Assembly (NCBI GenBank): GCA_050298695.1
Contig: JBNKUQ010000002.1
Coordinates: 3,136 to 67,135 of the forward strand
Source of the DNA: Cellvibrionaceae bacterium
Lineage (GTDB): Bacteria > Pseudomonadota > Gammaproteobacteria > Pseudomonadales > Cellvibrionaceae
Length of the DNA stretch: 64,000 nucleotides
Direction of reading: 5' to 3'
Below the pieces are notes generated by a model. The model saw nothing but the letters and a program-made list of their open reading frames with translations, searched no databases and was not told the DNA's origin. Below, piece after piece: positions 8,801 through 16,683 of this stretch (the first letter of the stretch is position 1; every line of letters starts with the position of its first letter). A program made the translations under genes and the position numbers.

Positions 8801-10526
8801 TGTTGTTGAAAATTTACCAGGGCACCCTCGAAATACATATACGTTTACCGGTTCGAGTCTAGACCTTACTGATAATTCCAACGCTTTACATACCATTGCT
8901 GGTGTTTATAACAGTGGCGTTACTAAAACGATGTTAGGTGATGCAACAATGACGGATCAGGCTAGAGAAGATTTATTAGACTGGATTACAGGGCGTGATG
9001 TTCTAGATGAAGATAATGACTCTAGTACGAGTGATCGTCAATCCATGGCCGATCCTCTGCATTCAAAACCCATTGTTTTTACTTATGCTGGAACCAGTGC
9101 AAGCCCAAGTTTAGCCTTGCTCTTTGGGACTAATGATGGACATTTTCGTGCGGTTAATGCTACCAATGGTCAGCAGTTGTGGTCATTTATTCCTCCAGAA
9201 CTGCTACCAGTCTCGAAAACCTTGTATGAGAATATTAGCGCTCAGCATCCTTATGGTGTCGATGGCTCTCCAGTATTGTGGGTGAATGACCCCGATTTTA
9301 ATGGTACCGAAGTTGACTTAACGGGTGCGAATGACTTTGCTTATGTGTATTTTGGAATGCGCAGAGGGGGGCGAAATTTCTATGCACTTGATGTGACCGA
9401 TATCAATGAACCAAAAATTAAATGGAGAATAGAAGGGGGAGTCGGTGATTTTGTTGAGTTAGGTCAGACGTGGTCACGTCCGATTAAAACTAAAATAGGC
9501 ATTCGTTCTGGTAACACTACAGAAGAAATTGATGTTTTGATATTTGCGGGCGGCTATGACCCAGATCAAGATAATGTCAATATCCGCACTGCAGATACCC
9601 AAGGTAGGGCTATTTTTATTGTTAATGCGATTACTGGAAATCTGATTTGGAGTGGAGGTCCTGGCGGTAGTTTCACCGAAAACTTTGCTGACATGCAATA
9701 TAGCATTCCAGCCTCTCCTGCAGTTGCGGATCTCAATAACGATGGTTTAGCAGATCAAATTTATGTGGGTGATATGGGGGGACAGATTTGGCGCTTTGAC
9801 ATTACCAATGGAGAACAATTGAGTGGATTAATCAGTGGCGGTGTGATAGCCGATGTATCAGTGAGTAATGATGCCGCTAACACAAGACGATTCTACCACT
9901 CTCCCGATTTGGCGTTAATTAAAAACGGTGCTGGGAACCTCTCATTAACCGTATTAATTGGGTCCGGTTATCATGCCCACCCTCTTGATACGCAAGTAAC
10001 GGATCGTTTTTATAAAATTGATGTGGCTAACCCTTTTGAAGCTCCAGGGTCTTACGTAAAACTAACGGAGACAGACCTGTACGATGCTTCGGATAATGAA
10101 CTAGGGAGTAGTGATACTAGTACAGCAGCGGCAGCTCAGGCGACCTTTGCGACAAAGAATGGATGGTACGTTACCATGCCAAATCTTGGAGAAAAGGTGC
10201 TGTCATCTCCATTAACGATTGATGGTCAAGTTGTTTTTGTGACTTACGAGCCTAAAGCGAACACATCTGGTTGTACGGTTCAGCCTGGTACCTCTCGTGA
10301 GTATGTACTTAGAGTTAGTAACGCTACGCCAACCATCGATTTTAATAATGATGGTGTATTAAATGAAGATGATCGCTCGGAGACTTTGAATACAGGTAGT
10401 ATTGTTGATGAACCCGTTATGGTCTTTACAGGTGATGGTGGTGGTACAACCTTCTTAGGTACAGAAAAAGGCAGTTTAAGTATTGGCACAGACCGTGTGA
10501 TCAGAACATTTTGGTATCAAGAATAG
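5859..10526 (+). CDS. pilY1: PilY1-like pilus tip adhesin (cluster 1). It is unusually long (~1555 aa), with a vWA domain interrupted by three repeat modules.
   Basis: The signal peptide is MKTTALKTFLASLGLYCFCLSLANA, followed by DDTEIYF. The vWA MIDAS motif is ILLILDTSSSM, with GTPIVGTYYEAALYF and VILTDG far downstream. The C-terminal PilY1 propeller carries a Ca-site-like ADLNNDGLADQIYVGDMGGQIWRFD. ATG 5859 is preferred to the ORF-track start at 5844. Confidence 0.85.
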   Translation: MKTTALKTFLASLGLYCFCLSLANADDTEIYFGNNAVSVDTVHPNILLILDTSSSMENIVSGTGMSRLDNMKGALRTLISSTNNVNMGLMRFSRAGGPVLYPVSYIDQPLGESAAGQVSARVSQADDDAQQSLLGVMELDSPFVTMTETTTGGNQSVELEILNVTDDVEEKVPSGSLDIGSSDLEIMHEGSSQQLIGLRFTNTSAITPSSTIISAEIEFSDDGDAANNDSDLEVTIQAEREGDTGTFGTGAGQNNVSSRNLTTAASNWFVGNFDANGKLITNDLAAVLNEVISDGVWSEGDPFTFVLQYASGNGSARRVAMSRDRSATNQPKLRITYSTGALAVTQNQTVGLRFQNVGVPKGATITSASLEFVVAQASSNTTSLTISAEDTGNAAAFTNTANNLSIGNRPRTSASESWVPGEWETIGEVVESVDISDVIQEVTSHDDWCGNNAMALFISGTGQRIAESFESNPSSAPVLKINYDPDSVPNNNSCFNREYSYRVENSSDDAEQESGQDVYLVSSDLELSDDGSKLQEIGIRFSGVQIPKNAEIQSAYLEFTADGSSTDSTSLIIYGDDVDDSPTFGASSNTVIGRTKTAASVSWSNVASWDASATYQSPDITAIVQSIVNRNGWSAGNGMSFIITGSGTRRAFSYNGSAGLAPRLVVQAKSDDVTSSTRTVRDELLEIVDGIQYKSGTPIVGTYYEAALYFRGESVDFGRQRGNDGSSRREHTRVSHPDSYMSGVVNRDAGCTDDNLSSTDCRTENISGSPVYISPITESCQKNHIVILTDGQASYNAAEDKVKAMIGSSTCADTGNQACGPELATWLNTVDQAPGGAITGDQTITTHTIGFNFTGDWIKSISENGGGDFYEASTADQLANAFESIVTEALKTNSTFVSPAVAINQFNRLNHLDNIYFAVFKPTEEALWQGNVKKYRLSGTENDITDVNGNLAIDELTGFFKDSSQSYWSSSVDGPDVPLGGVVENLPGHPRNTYTFTGSSLDLTDNSNALHTIAGVYNSGVTKTMLGDATMTDQAREDLLDWITGRDVLDEDNDSSTSDRQSMADPLHSKPIVFTYAGTSASPSLALLFGTNDGHFRAVNATNGQQLWSFIPPELLPVSKTLYENISAQHPYGVDGSPVLWVNDPDFNGTEVDLTGANDFAYVYFGMRRGGRNFYALDVTDINEPKIKWRIEGGVGDFVELGQTWSRPIKTKIGIRSGNTTEEIDVLIFAGGYDPDQDNVNIRTADTQGRAIFIVNAITGNLIWSGGPGGSFTENFADMQYSIPASPAVADLNNDGLADQIYVGDMGGQIWRFDITNGEQLSGLISGGVIADVSVSNDAANTRRFYHSPDLALIKNGAGNLSLTVLIGSGYHAHPLDTQVTDRFYKIDVANPFEAPGSYVKLTETDLYDASDNELGSSDTSTAAAAQATFATKNGWYVTMPNLGEKVLSSPLTIDGQVVFVTYEPKANTSGCTVQPGTSREYVLRVSNATPTIDFNNDGVLNEDDRSETLNTGSIVDEPVMVFTGDGGGTTFLGTEKGSLSIGTDRVIRTFWYQE
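6216..7862 (+). repeat. Three tandem protein-level repeat modules inside pilY1 of cluster 1 (about aa 125-343, 344-489 and 505-673 of the ORF-track protein)
   Basis: Recurrent blocks are SSDLEIMHEGSSQQLIGLRFTNTSAITPSSTIISAEIEF, QTVGLRFQNVGVPKGATITSASLEF and SSDLELSDDGSKLQEIGIRFSGVQIPKNAEIQSAYLEF. Each is followed by a tail: GDPFTFVLQYASGNGSARRVAMS, NNAMALFISGTGQRIAESF or GNGMSFIITGSGTRRAFSY. Confidence 0.7.
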
Positions 10527-10549
10527 TGTTTGCAAATAAGGGTTTAAGT

Positions 10550-10987
10550 ATGAAACAACGTAATAATGGCTTTTCATTGATAGAGTTGATGATTGTTGTA
10601 GGAATCATCGCTATATTAGCGGCAGTAGTGATTCCTAGTTATCGGGACAGTGTTCGTGCAGGTAATCGAAGTGATGCTCAATCGGCATTGGTTGGTTTGT
10701 CTCAAGAAATGGAAAGACACTTTGCAAGCAATAATACATATACCACAGCTATTTCTGGCAGCGCTCCAACTGCCCCCTCAATTTTTCCTTCACAGGTTCC
10801 TTTAAATGGTGGTGATGCAACTTATAATTTAACGGTTCAGTCTGTCAGTGCTAGTGGCTATACTCTAAGAGCGACTCCCGTAGGTTCTCAGGCCGGTGAT
10901 GGTTATTTAGAATTACTGTCAACGGGAGTGCGACGCTGGAATGAAAATGATGGTGGTGTAAAGCAATGTTGGGATAGCAGCTGCTAA
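10550..10987 (+). CDS. pilE: Type IV pilus minor pilin PilE (cluster 1)
   Basis: MKQRNNG|FSLIELMIVVGIIAILAAVVIPSYRDSVRAGNRSDAQSAL. It has a C-terminal Cys pair (CWDSSC) and is the last gene of the operon. ATG 10550 is preferred to 10511. Confidence 0.8.
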   Translation: MKQRNNGFSLIELMIVVGIIAILAAVVIPSYRDSVRAGNRSDAQSALVGLSQEMERHFASNNTYTTAISGSAPTAPSIFPSQVPLNGGDATYNLTVQSVSASGYTLRATPVGSQAGDGYLELLSTGVRRWNENDGGVKQCWDSSC

Positions 10988-10998
10988 TTTATTGATTA

Positions 10999-11535
10999 CT
11001 AACATCTGGGCCCATGTATTAATATTTCCTGAATTAAACTCACTAATCGCGATCGATTTTTTTGAGAGCTATTTGCTTTCTCTTTTTCTTTATTGATGTT
11101 GCGGATCAACTGGCTAAGTTGTTGACGATTGTTGTTTGGGTAGTGCTCAATAAACTCGGCTAATGTGTTGGGATCTTGAATTAAACGTTCACACCATTGG
11201 CTAGCCGTTTCTGTTGATTGTTGGTGTTGACGGTCTTGCACGCTGAGGCTGTCGTAAGCAAGTTTTACATCATCATAATTTTCTTTACGCAATATTTTAG
11301 CAATGCGCTGCATTTGTCGACGTCGGCTATTGTCATTTTTTAATTTGCGCGCAAGCTCAAGTTCAGACCGCAACAACTCGCTGAGTGGAAGTTTTGCGAG
11401 TTTGGATGTACTCAATGTTAAGAGCATTTCAGCAAACGCGAGAATATCCTGTAGAGCTTTCTTTACTGCGCTTTTACTGAGAGCAATACCCTCATCTAGT
11501 TCCGCATCGATATCAGGGTGAATATGTTTATCCAT
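10999..11535 (-). CDS. yjgA: YjgA/DarP (DUF615) ribosome-associated protein
   Basis: It is 178 aa. LSKSAVKKALQDILAFAEMLLTLSTSKLAKLPL...LELARKLKNDNSRRRQMQRIAKILRKE parallels E. coli YjgA (SKSEIKRDAEELKRLG...RRRQLQLIGKMLR). Its start overlaps the mgtE stop by 8 nt. Confidence 0.75.
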   Translation of the reverse strand: MDKHIHPDIDAELDEGIALSKSAVKKALQDILAFAEMLLTLSTSKLAKLPLSELLRSELELARKLKNDNSRRRQMQRIAKILRKENYDDVKLAYDSLSVQDRQHQQSTETASQWCERLIQDPNTLAEFIEHYPNNNRQQLSQLIRNINKEKEKANSSQKNRSRLVSLIQEILIHGPRC

Positions 11536-12907
11536 AAAACACCGTTGCTAAACCAAGGAAAGCGATAAAACCAACGACATCCGTTAGTGTGGTGAGGGCC
11601 ACACCGCCAGCGAGAGCGGGGTCGATCCCCATACGCTTTAATAACGAGGGGAGTAGTGTGCCACCAATTGCAGCAGTAAATAAGTTAATAACGGTCGCTG
11701 CGGCAATAATAATGGCAATGCGAATATCCTCAAACCACCATGCTGTTAGTAGTGCTAAAGCCGCCGCCCATACCAAGCCATTGAGCAATCCAGACAATAC
11801 TTCTCGCATAAGTAACCAATTGCGATTACTAGCACCTATTTTTCCTAAAGCCATACCGCGAACCACAACGGTAAGTGTTTGGCTACCCGCAACGCCTCCC
11901 ATACTAGCAACGATGGGCATCAGTATCGCTAGTGCAACCACTTTGTCGATAGTATCTTGAAATAGATTAATCACAGCGGAAGCGATAATTGCTGTTAACA
12001 GATTGATCCCCAGCCAAATGGCACGACGAGGAGCGCTTTTTATTAATGGCGCAAAGGTATCTTCTTCGTTATCACTTAAGCCTGAGAGTCCCATTAACGA
12101 GTGAGCCGCATCTTCAATAATCACGTCGACCACGTCATCAATGGTGATACGCCCTACCACTTGTCCCGTTTCATTGACTACAGGAGCTGAAACCCAGTCA
12201 TTTTGTTCGAATAGCTGAGCGATTTTGCCATCATCCATATCAACCGGAATTGCTTCGGTATCCGTGCGCATAATTTCACGCACACTGATATTAGGGTCTG
12301 TTGTTAATAACTTGCTCATCGACAAGGTACCGAGATAAATATTATCGGCATTGACGACAATGAGTTGGTCAGTAGAAGGAGGAATCTCTTCATGGCGACG
12401 CAAGTAACGAAGGACAACATCCAATGTAAAGCGCGGACGGATAGTGATGACATCCGTATCCATAAGTCCACCAGCGCTATCTTCTTCATAGGAGAGAACG
12501 GTTTCGACACGCGCTCGATTTTGTGCACTCATTGCTTCGAGCACTTCCTGCATTATTTGTTCAGGCAGTTGTTGCAGTATATCGGCAACATCATCGACGT
12601 CGAGTAGTTCGGTTATCTCCGCTACTTGTTGGCTATCCATGCCTTTTATAAATTGTGCCGCAACATCTTCAGATAGTTCTTGGAGTACATCGGCATGAGA
12701 ATCGGGGTCAATAAGTCCCCACAAGTACTTGCGTGTTTTTGGTGGTGATGAGTTGAGCAGATTCGCGATTTCAACGGAGGTTAGGCCGTTGAGCATGCGT
12801 TTTACGGATCGAGCCTCTCCCCCTTCTTGCCCACTGAGTTGAATTTCAGAAAGTTTAGAGAGGTTGGCTTGGGTTTTATCAGTTTGTTCTTCGGTAGCCG
12901 TATACAT
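11528..12907 (-). CDS. mgtE: Magnesium transporter MgtE
   Basis: It is 459 aa, with an N-domain, a CBS pair (GGLMDTDVITIRP...) and a C-terminal five-helix MgtE membrane domain. Confidence 0.85.
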   Translation of the reverse strand: MYTATEEQTDKTQANLSKLSEIQLSGQEGGEARSVKRMLNGLTSVEIANLLNSSPPKTRKYLWGLIDPDSHADVLQELSEDVAAQFIKGMDSQQVAEITELLDVDDVADILQQLPEQIMQEVLEAMSAQNRARVETVLSYEEDSAGGLMDTDVITIRPRFTLDVVLRYLRRHEEIPPSTDQLIVVNADNIYLGTLSMSKLLTTDPNISVREIMRTDTEAIPVDMDDGKIAQLFEQNDWVSAPVVNETGQVVGRITIDDVVDVIIEDAAHSLMGLSGLSDNEEDTFAPLIKSAPRRAIWLGINLLTAIIASAVINLFQDTIDKVVALAILMPIVASMGGVAGSQTLTVVVRGMALGKIGASNRNWLLMREVLSGLLNGLVWAAALALLTAWWFEDIRIAIIIAAATVINLFTAAIGGTLLPSLLKRMGIDPALAGGVALTTLTDVVGFIAFLGLATVFYG

Positions 12908-12948
12908 AATATAATTTAAATTGATAAGTCTATTAATGCCTTCGAAGA

Positions 12949-13218
12949 TTATTCGGCTTCATCAAAGCGATTGTTTATTAACTCGCAAATCCCATCGCTT
13001 GCCACATCCTCATCATTGCCATCAAAATCAATTTGTATATCAGTTCCCTTGGAGGCAGCAAGTAACATCAATGCCATGACGCTTTTGCAGTCAACGGTTT
13101 TGCCATTGGCCGTTAGTTTAATATCACAGCCATAGCGGTTTGCTGCCGTCGATAGCTTTGCAGCCGCTCGAGCGTGAAGCCCTAATTTATTGATGATCGT
13201 TAATTTTGATGTAATCAT
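12949..13218 (-). CDS. ptsO: HPr-family phosphocarrier NPr
   Basis: It is 89 aa. LTIINKLGLHARAAAKL contains the phospho-His motif. It overlaps rapZ by 4 nt in the rpoN-ptsN-rapZ-ptsO order. Confidence 0.85.
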   Translation of the reverse strand: MITSKLTIINKLGLHARAAAKLSTAANRYGCDIKLTANGKTVDCKSVMALMLLAASKGTDIQIDFDGNDEDVASDGICELINNRFDEAE

Positions 13219-14066
13219 GATTTAATATCGCGATGGCGGCACTGTATATCGGTGAATGATTGTTGGAACGATTTTCCTAATCTATTGCACAAATAAACGG
13301 ATCGATGTTGTCCACCTGTGCAGCCTATCGCAATTGTCATATAGCTGCGATTGCTTTTTTCAAAATACGGTAGCCACTTTTCTAAAAAAAGGTAAGTATC
13401 ATTATACATTTCTTCAACTTCTTGTTCTTTTTCTAAAAATTGAATGACAGGTTTATCATTACCCGTCAGTGCCCGTAAAGATGGCTCCCAATGAGGATTC
13501 GGGAGACAGCGAACATCAAAGATAATATCTGCATCACGCGGTACGCCATACTTAAAACCAAAAGACTGAAAGACTAGACTCATGGAGGTGCTTTCCAGCG
13601 CGCTCATGTGTCGTTTTACCAAGTCTCGTAATTCGTGAAAGCCCATGTCACTGGTATCAATAATGATCGTTGCGACATTAATGATAGGGGTTAAACGTTC
13701 TTTTTCTTTTGTAATAGCAGAACGTAAGTCAGTTTCTTTGTCGCTCAAAGGGTGCCTGCGCCTGGTTTCACTGAAGCGTTTGAGTAGTACGTTATCGTCT
13801 GCATCTAAAAAAATAATTTGATAATCCAATGAATCAAAGGTGGTCGATTCCACTAGATTAGGTAACAGTTCTATTTCTTCTGTTGAGTTACGTGCATCAA
13901 TACTCACAGCGTAGTGCTTGTCTTTTTCCTTCGCGATTTTTTCTACCAGCATCAGTAGCATGCTGGTGGGCAGGTTATCAATACAGGTATAACCAACATC
14001 TTCTAGTACATGTAGAGCGGTACTTTTGCCCGATCCTGAACGACCACTGATGATGATAAGCCCCAT
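13215..14066 (-). CDS. rapZ: RNase adapter protein RapZ (YhbJ)
   Basis: MGLIIISGRSGSGKSTALHVLEDVGYTCIDNLP (Walker A). It is 283 aa and in conserved operon context. Confidence 0.9.
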   Translation of the reverse strand: MGLIIISGRSGSGKSTALHVLEDVGYTCIDNLPTSMLLMLVEKIAKEKDKHYAVSIDARNSTEEIELLPNLVESTTFDSLDYQIIFLDADDNVLLKRFSETRRRHPLSDKETDLRSAITKEKERLTPIINVATIIIDTSDMGFHELRDLVKRHMSALESTSMSLVFQSFGFKYGVPRDADIIFDVRCLPNPHWEPSLRALTGNDKPVIQFLEKEQEVEEMYNDTYLFLEKWLPYFEKSNRSYMTIAIGCTGGQHRSVYLCNRLGKSFQQSFTDIQCRHRDIKS

Positions 14067-14080
14067 AATATTTACCTATA

Positions 14081-14533
14081 TCAATCGCTTTGGGTGATAA
14101 GCCGGTACAATTCATCGGCATTCTCAGCTTCGCGTATTGTCGATAAGCGTGCAGTGTCCGAGAATAACTCAGCTAATTTTGCCAATGTTTGTAAATGGTC
14201 TTTGTCATGGTCTTCAGGAACGATAAGAACAAAAATGACATCTACGGGATGGTTATCAATGGCGTTAAAGTCAATAGGAGTTTTTAACGTGACTAATACG
14301 CCAATAGTTTGTTGACAACCTTGAATCCGACAATGAGGAATGGCAATGCCATTTCCTATGCCAGTAGATCCAAGTCGTTCGCGAGCAATTAATGCACTAA
14401 AAACATTGCCTGGATCAAGGACAGGGTTCTGATCGCATAAATGTGAGGCAATGGTTTCTAGAAGACGTTTTTTACTATTGCATTCATATTGATGCAATAC
14501 ACATTCTGGTTTGAGGATTGATTTTATTTCCAT
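14081..14533 (-). CDS. ptsN: Nitrogen-related PTS EIIA (PtsN)
   Basis: It is 150 aa. The EIIA-Ntr active-site region is GIGNGIAIPHCR. It lies downstream of rpoN. Confidence 0.85.
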   Translation of the reverse strand: MEIKSILKPECVLHQYECNSKKRLLETIASHLCDQNPVLDPGNVFSALIARERLGSTGIGNGIAIPHCRIQGCQQTIGVLVTLKTPIDFNAIDNHPVDVIFVLIVPEDHDKDHLQTLAKLAELFSDTARLSTIREAENADELYRLITQSD

Positions 14534-14756
14534 AGACTTAGTAACAATAGTTGAATAAATTGAATACTTTCAACAAGAACTCCTTTTTGTTTAAAGTATC
14601 GCTCAAAATGAGTCGGGTATTTTACGTGATGTCGGCACCTTTTAACATGGGACTATTGAATGACTGTTACAACTCTCCCATTTTCTTTTTAACTGATTTG
14701 CTAACAAGAGACTTAAAAAAGCACATTGAATTAATATCAATATGATGATTATTTGT
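14534..14756 (-). pseudogene. hpf: Possible decayed remnant of the ribosome hibernation factor gene hpf
   Basis: No ORF of 60 aa or more exists on the minus strand between rpoN and ptsN. One minus-strand frame reads TNNHHIDINSMCFFKSLVSKSVKKKMGEL*QSFNSPMLKGADIT*NTRLILSDTLNKKEFLLKV. In order, this faintly recalls Hpf segments (GHHIEIT..L..YV..K..KLE; LHV.GG.I.A; AID.L.DKL.RQ), but it has two in-frame stops and about 25 residues missing. The similarity is weak. Confidence 0.3.
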
Positions 14757-14758
14757 AG

Positions 14759-14837
14759 CGTCATTCCCGCGAAGGCGGGAATCCAGGTATTAACTGATAG
14801 GTTTAAGCCTGGATTCCCGCCTTCGCGGGGATGACGA
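14759..14837. repeat. REP/MITE-like palindromic element
   Basis: The left arm is CGTCATTCCCGCGAAGGCGGGAATCCAGG (14759-14787). The right arm at 14809-14837 is its reverse complement with 1 mismatch in 29. The spacer is 21 bp. Each arm also holds an internal hairpin, TCCCGC-GAAG-GCGGGA. Confidence 0.8.
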
Positions 14838-14888
14838 CTATGTATTCTTTTTTAGTGCCCCGGTAGTCATTTGTGCTCCCAGAAAAAT

Positions 14889-16406
14889 TTAGACGAGTTG
14901 CTTGCGCTCATTCGATGGAGGTATGTGCATGGCCTCCCGATATTTAGCTATAGTCCGGCGGGCAACTTTAATTCCTTGGTCAGCGAGTAAAGCAGTAATT
15001 TTGCTATCGCTGAGTGGCTTTTGAGTGTTTTCGGCCGCAATCAATTTTTTAATAATGGCGCGTATTGCGGTAGAAGAGCATTCGCCACCGCTGTCGGTAC
15101 TGACGTGACTCGAGAAAAAATACTTCAACTCGAAAATACCCTGTGGGGTATGCATATACTTATTCGTTGTTACTCGAGAAATAGTGGACTCATGCATTTC
15201 TACGGTTTCGGCAATATCATGCAAAACCAAGGGTTTCATGGCTTCTTCGCCAAAATCTAAAAAGCCTTGTTGTTTATCAACAATGGCACTAGCGACTTTC
15301 AGTAGGGTTTCATTGCGACTTTGCAGGCTTTTTAGAAACCAGCGGGCTTCTTGAAGGTTATTTTTCAAGTAAGTGTTATCGTCACTCGTATCTGCCCGTT
15401 TTACCATGGCGGCGTAATCTGCATTGATACGTAATTTAGGCGCAATATCGGGGTTGAGCTCGACTAACCAGCGATTATTAATTTTTTTGACAAAGACATC
15501 GGGAACAACATACTCCGTATCGTCTGACCCGATATCATCTCCTGGCCGCGGGTTCATGCTTTGAATGATCTGTATAGCATCACGTAGCTCTTCTTCGCGC
15601 ACTTTTAATTTGCGCATTAGAGTCTTGTAATCTCTATTACCTAGTAGAGCGATATGTTCTTTCACAATACTTTTAGCAATAGCTAGACAGGGTGTCTCAG
15701 CAGGCAATTGGCAGAGTTGGATGTGGAGGCAGTCGCCCAAATCTTGACCACCTACGCCTGGAGGGTCAAATTGTTGTATACGATGAAGTACAGCCTCGAC
15801 TTCATCCAATTCTAGCTCATCTAACTGCTCTGATAAGCTTTCAAAAATTTCATTGATGGGCGACGAAAGCAAGCCTGAAGGCTGAATATCATCAATAATC
15901 GTTATTGCGATAGAGTAGTCGCGGTCCGAGAACGGGGTTAAATTCAGCTGCCAGAAGAGGTGATCCTGTAAGCTTTCAGTTCCTCCTCTGCGACTCTCAA
16001 ATTGGCTATTGTCATCATCGTCATTACTGGCCGCTCCAGCGGGGGATGAGCTTTGGTATACGTCGTCCCAGCTGGTGTCGACGGGCAAGTCCTCGGGAAT
16101 TTCCTGTGACCACTCCCCATCTTGTGAGTCACTTTCCAGGTCACTTTTGCTACTTTCGGAGTCACTGCCATCCGTGCGAACGTCAGTAGTGGTTGAATTG
16201 TCGCTATTGGTATCTTTGTTGTTTTTATCGCTACTAGATGACTCAGGGGTGTCTTCTGACACTTCTAACATGGGGTTAGAGTCGAGGGCTTCTTGAATTT
16301 CGTTTTGCAGATCGAGGGTGGATAGTTGCAATAAGCGAATGGCTTGTTGCAGTTGCGGGGTCATGGTTAAGCTTTGACCCAGCTTAAGTTGGAGAGATTG
16401 TTTCAT
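14889..16406 (-). CDS. rpoN: RNA polymerase sigma-54 factor
   Basis: Region I is [33 protein letters not shown]. It has an acidic region II and a C-terminal RpoN box ([10 protein letters not shown]). Confidence 0.95.
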   Translation of the reverse strand: MKQSLQLKLGQSLTMTPQLQQAIRLLQLSTLDLQNEIQEALDSNPMLEVSEDTPESSSSDKNNKDTNSDNSTTTDVRTDGSDSESSKSDLESDSQDGEWSQEIPEDLPVDTSWDDVYQSSSPAGAASNDDDDNSQFESRRGGTESLQDHLFWQLNLTPFSDRDYSIAITIIDDIQPSGLLSSPINEIFESLSEQLDELELDEVEAVLHRIQQFDPPGVGGQDLGDCLHIQLCQLPAETPCLAIAKSIVKEHIALLGNRDYKTLMRKLKVREEELRDAIQIIQSMNPRPGDDIGSDDTEYVVPDVFVKKINNRWLVELNPDIAPKLRINADYAAMVKRADTSDDNTYLKNNLQEARWFLKSLQSRNETLLKVASAIVDKQQGFLDFGEEAMKPLVLHDIAETVEMHESTISRVTTNKYMHTPQGIFELKYFFSSHVSTDSGGECSSTAIRAIIKKLIAAENTQKPLSDSKITALLADQGIKVARRTIAKYREAMHIPPSNERKQLV

Positions 16407-16683
16407 TAAAGCTCACTACCTTCATCTAACCAGAATCGTCATTTTTCTAATTCTAGTCAGGTGTCACTGAAGTCGCAAGTCATATTCAAGCAAGCTTTAT
16501 GCCTAATTGGTCTTGACATCTGAGAAGTCTTGTTTTTACCCAATCATATTGGCGATAAGCGATTAGTCCGCTCATGAGTGCAGAATGGTGTCGTGTTACG
16601 ATGCACAATAGTATCTTTACGTCAAAAAGTGTGTTGCAATTTGATACCGTGTTTTGAAGAAAGGGCTCTTCTGAAGGGTAGAT

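Noticed and set aside
14551-14745. 64-aa plus-strand ORF in the rpoN-ptsN spacer
   Set aside because: It is on the wrong strand for the operon and is AT-rich with no motifs. The spacer is better explained as decayed hpf plus a repeat element.
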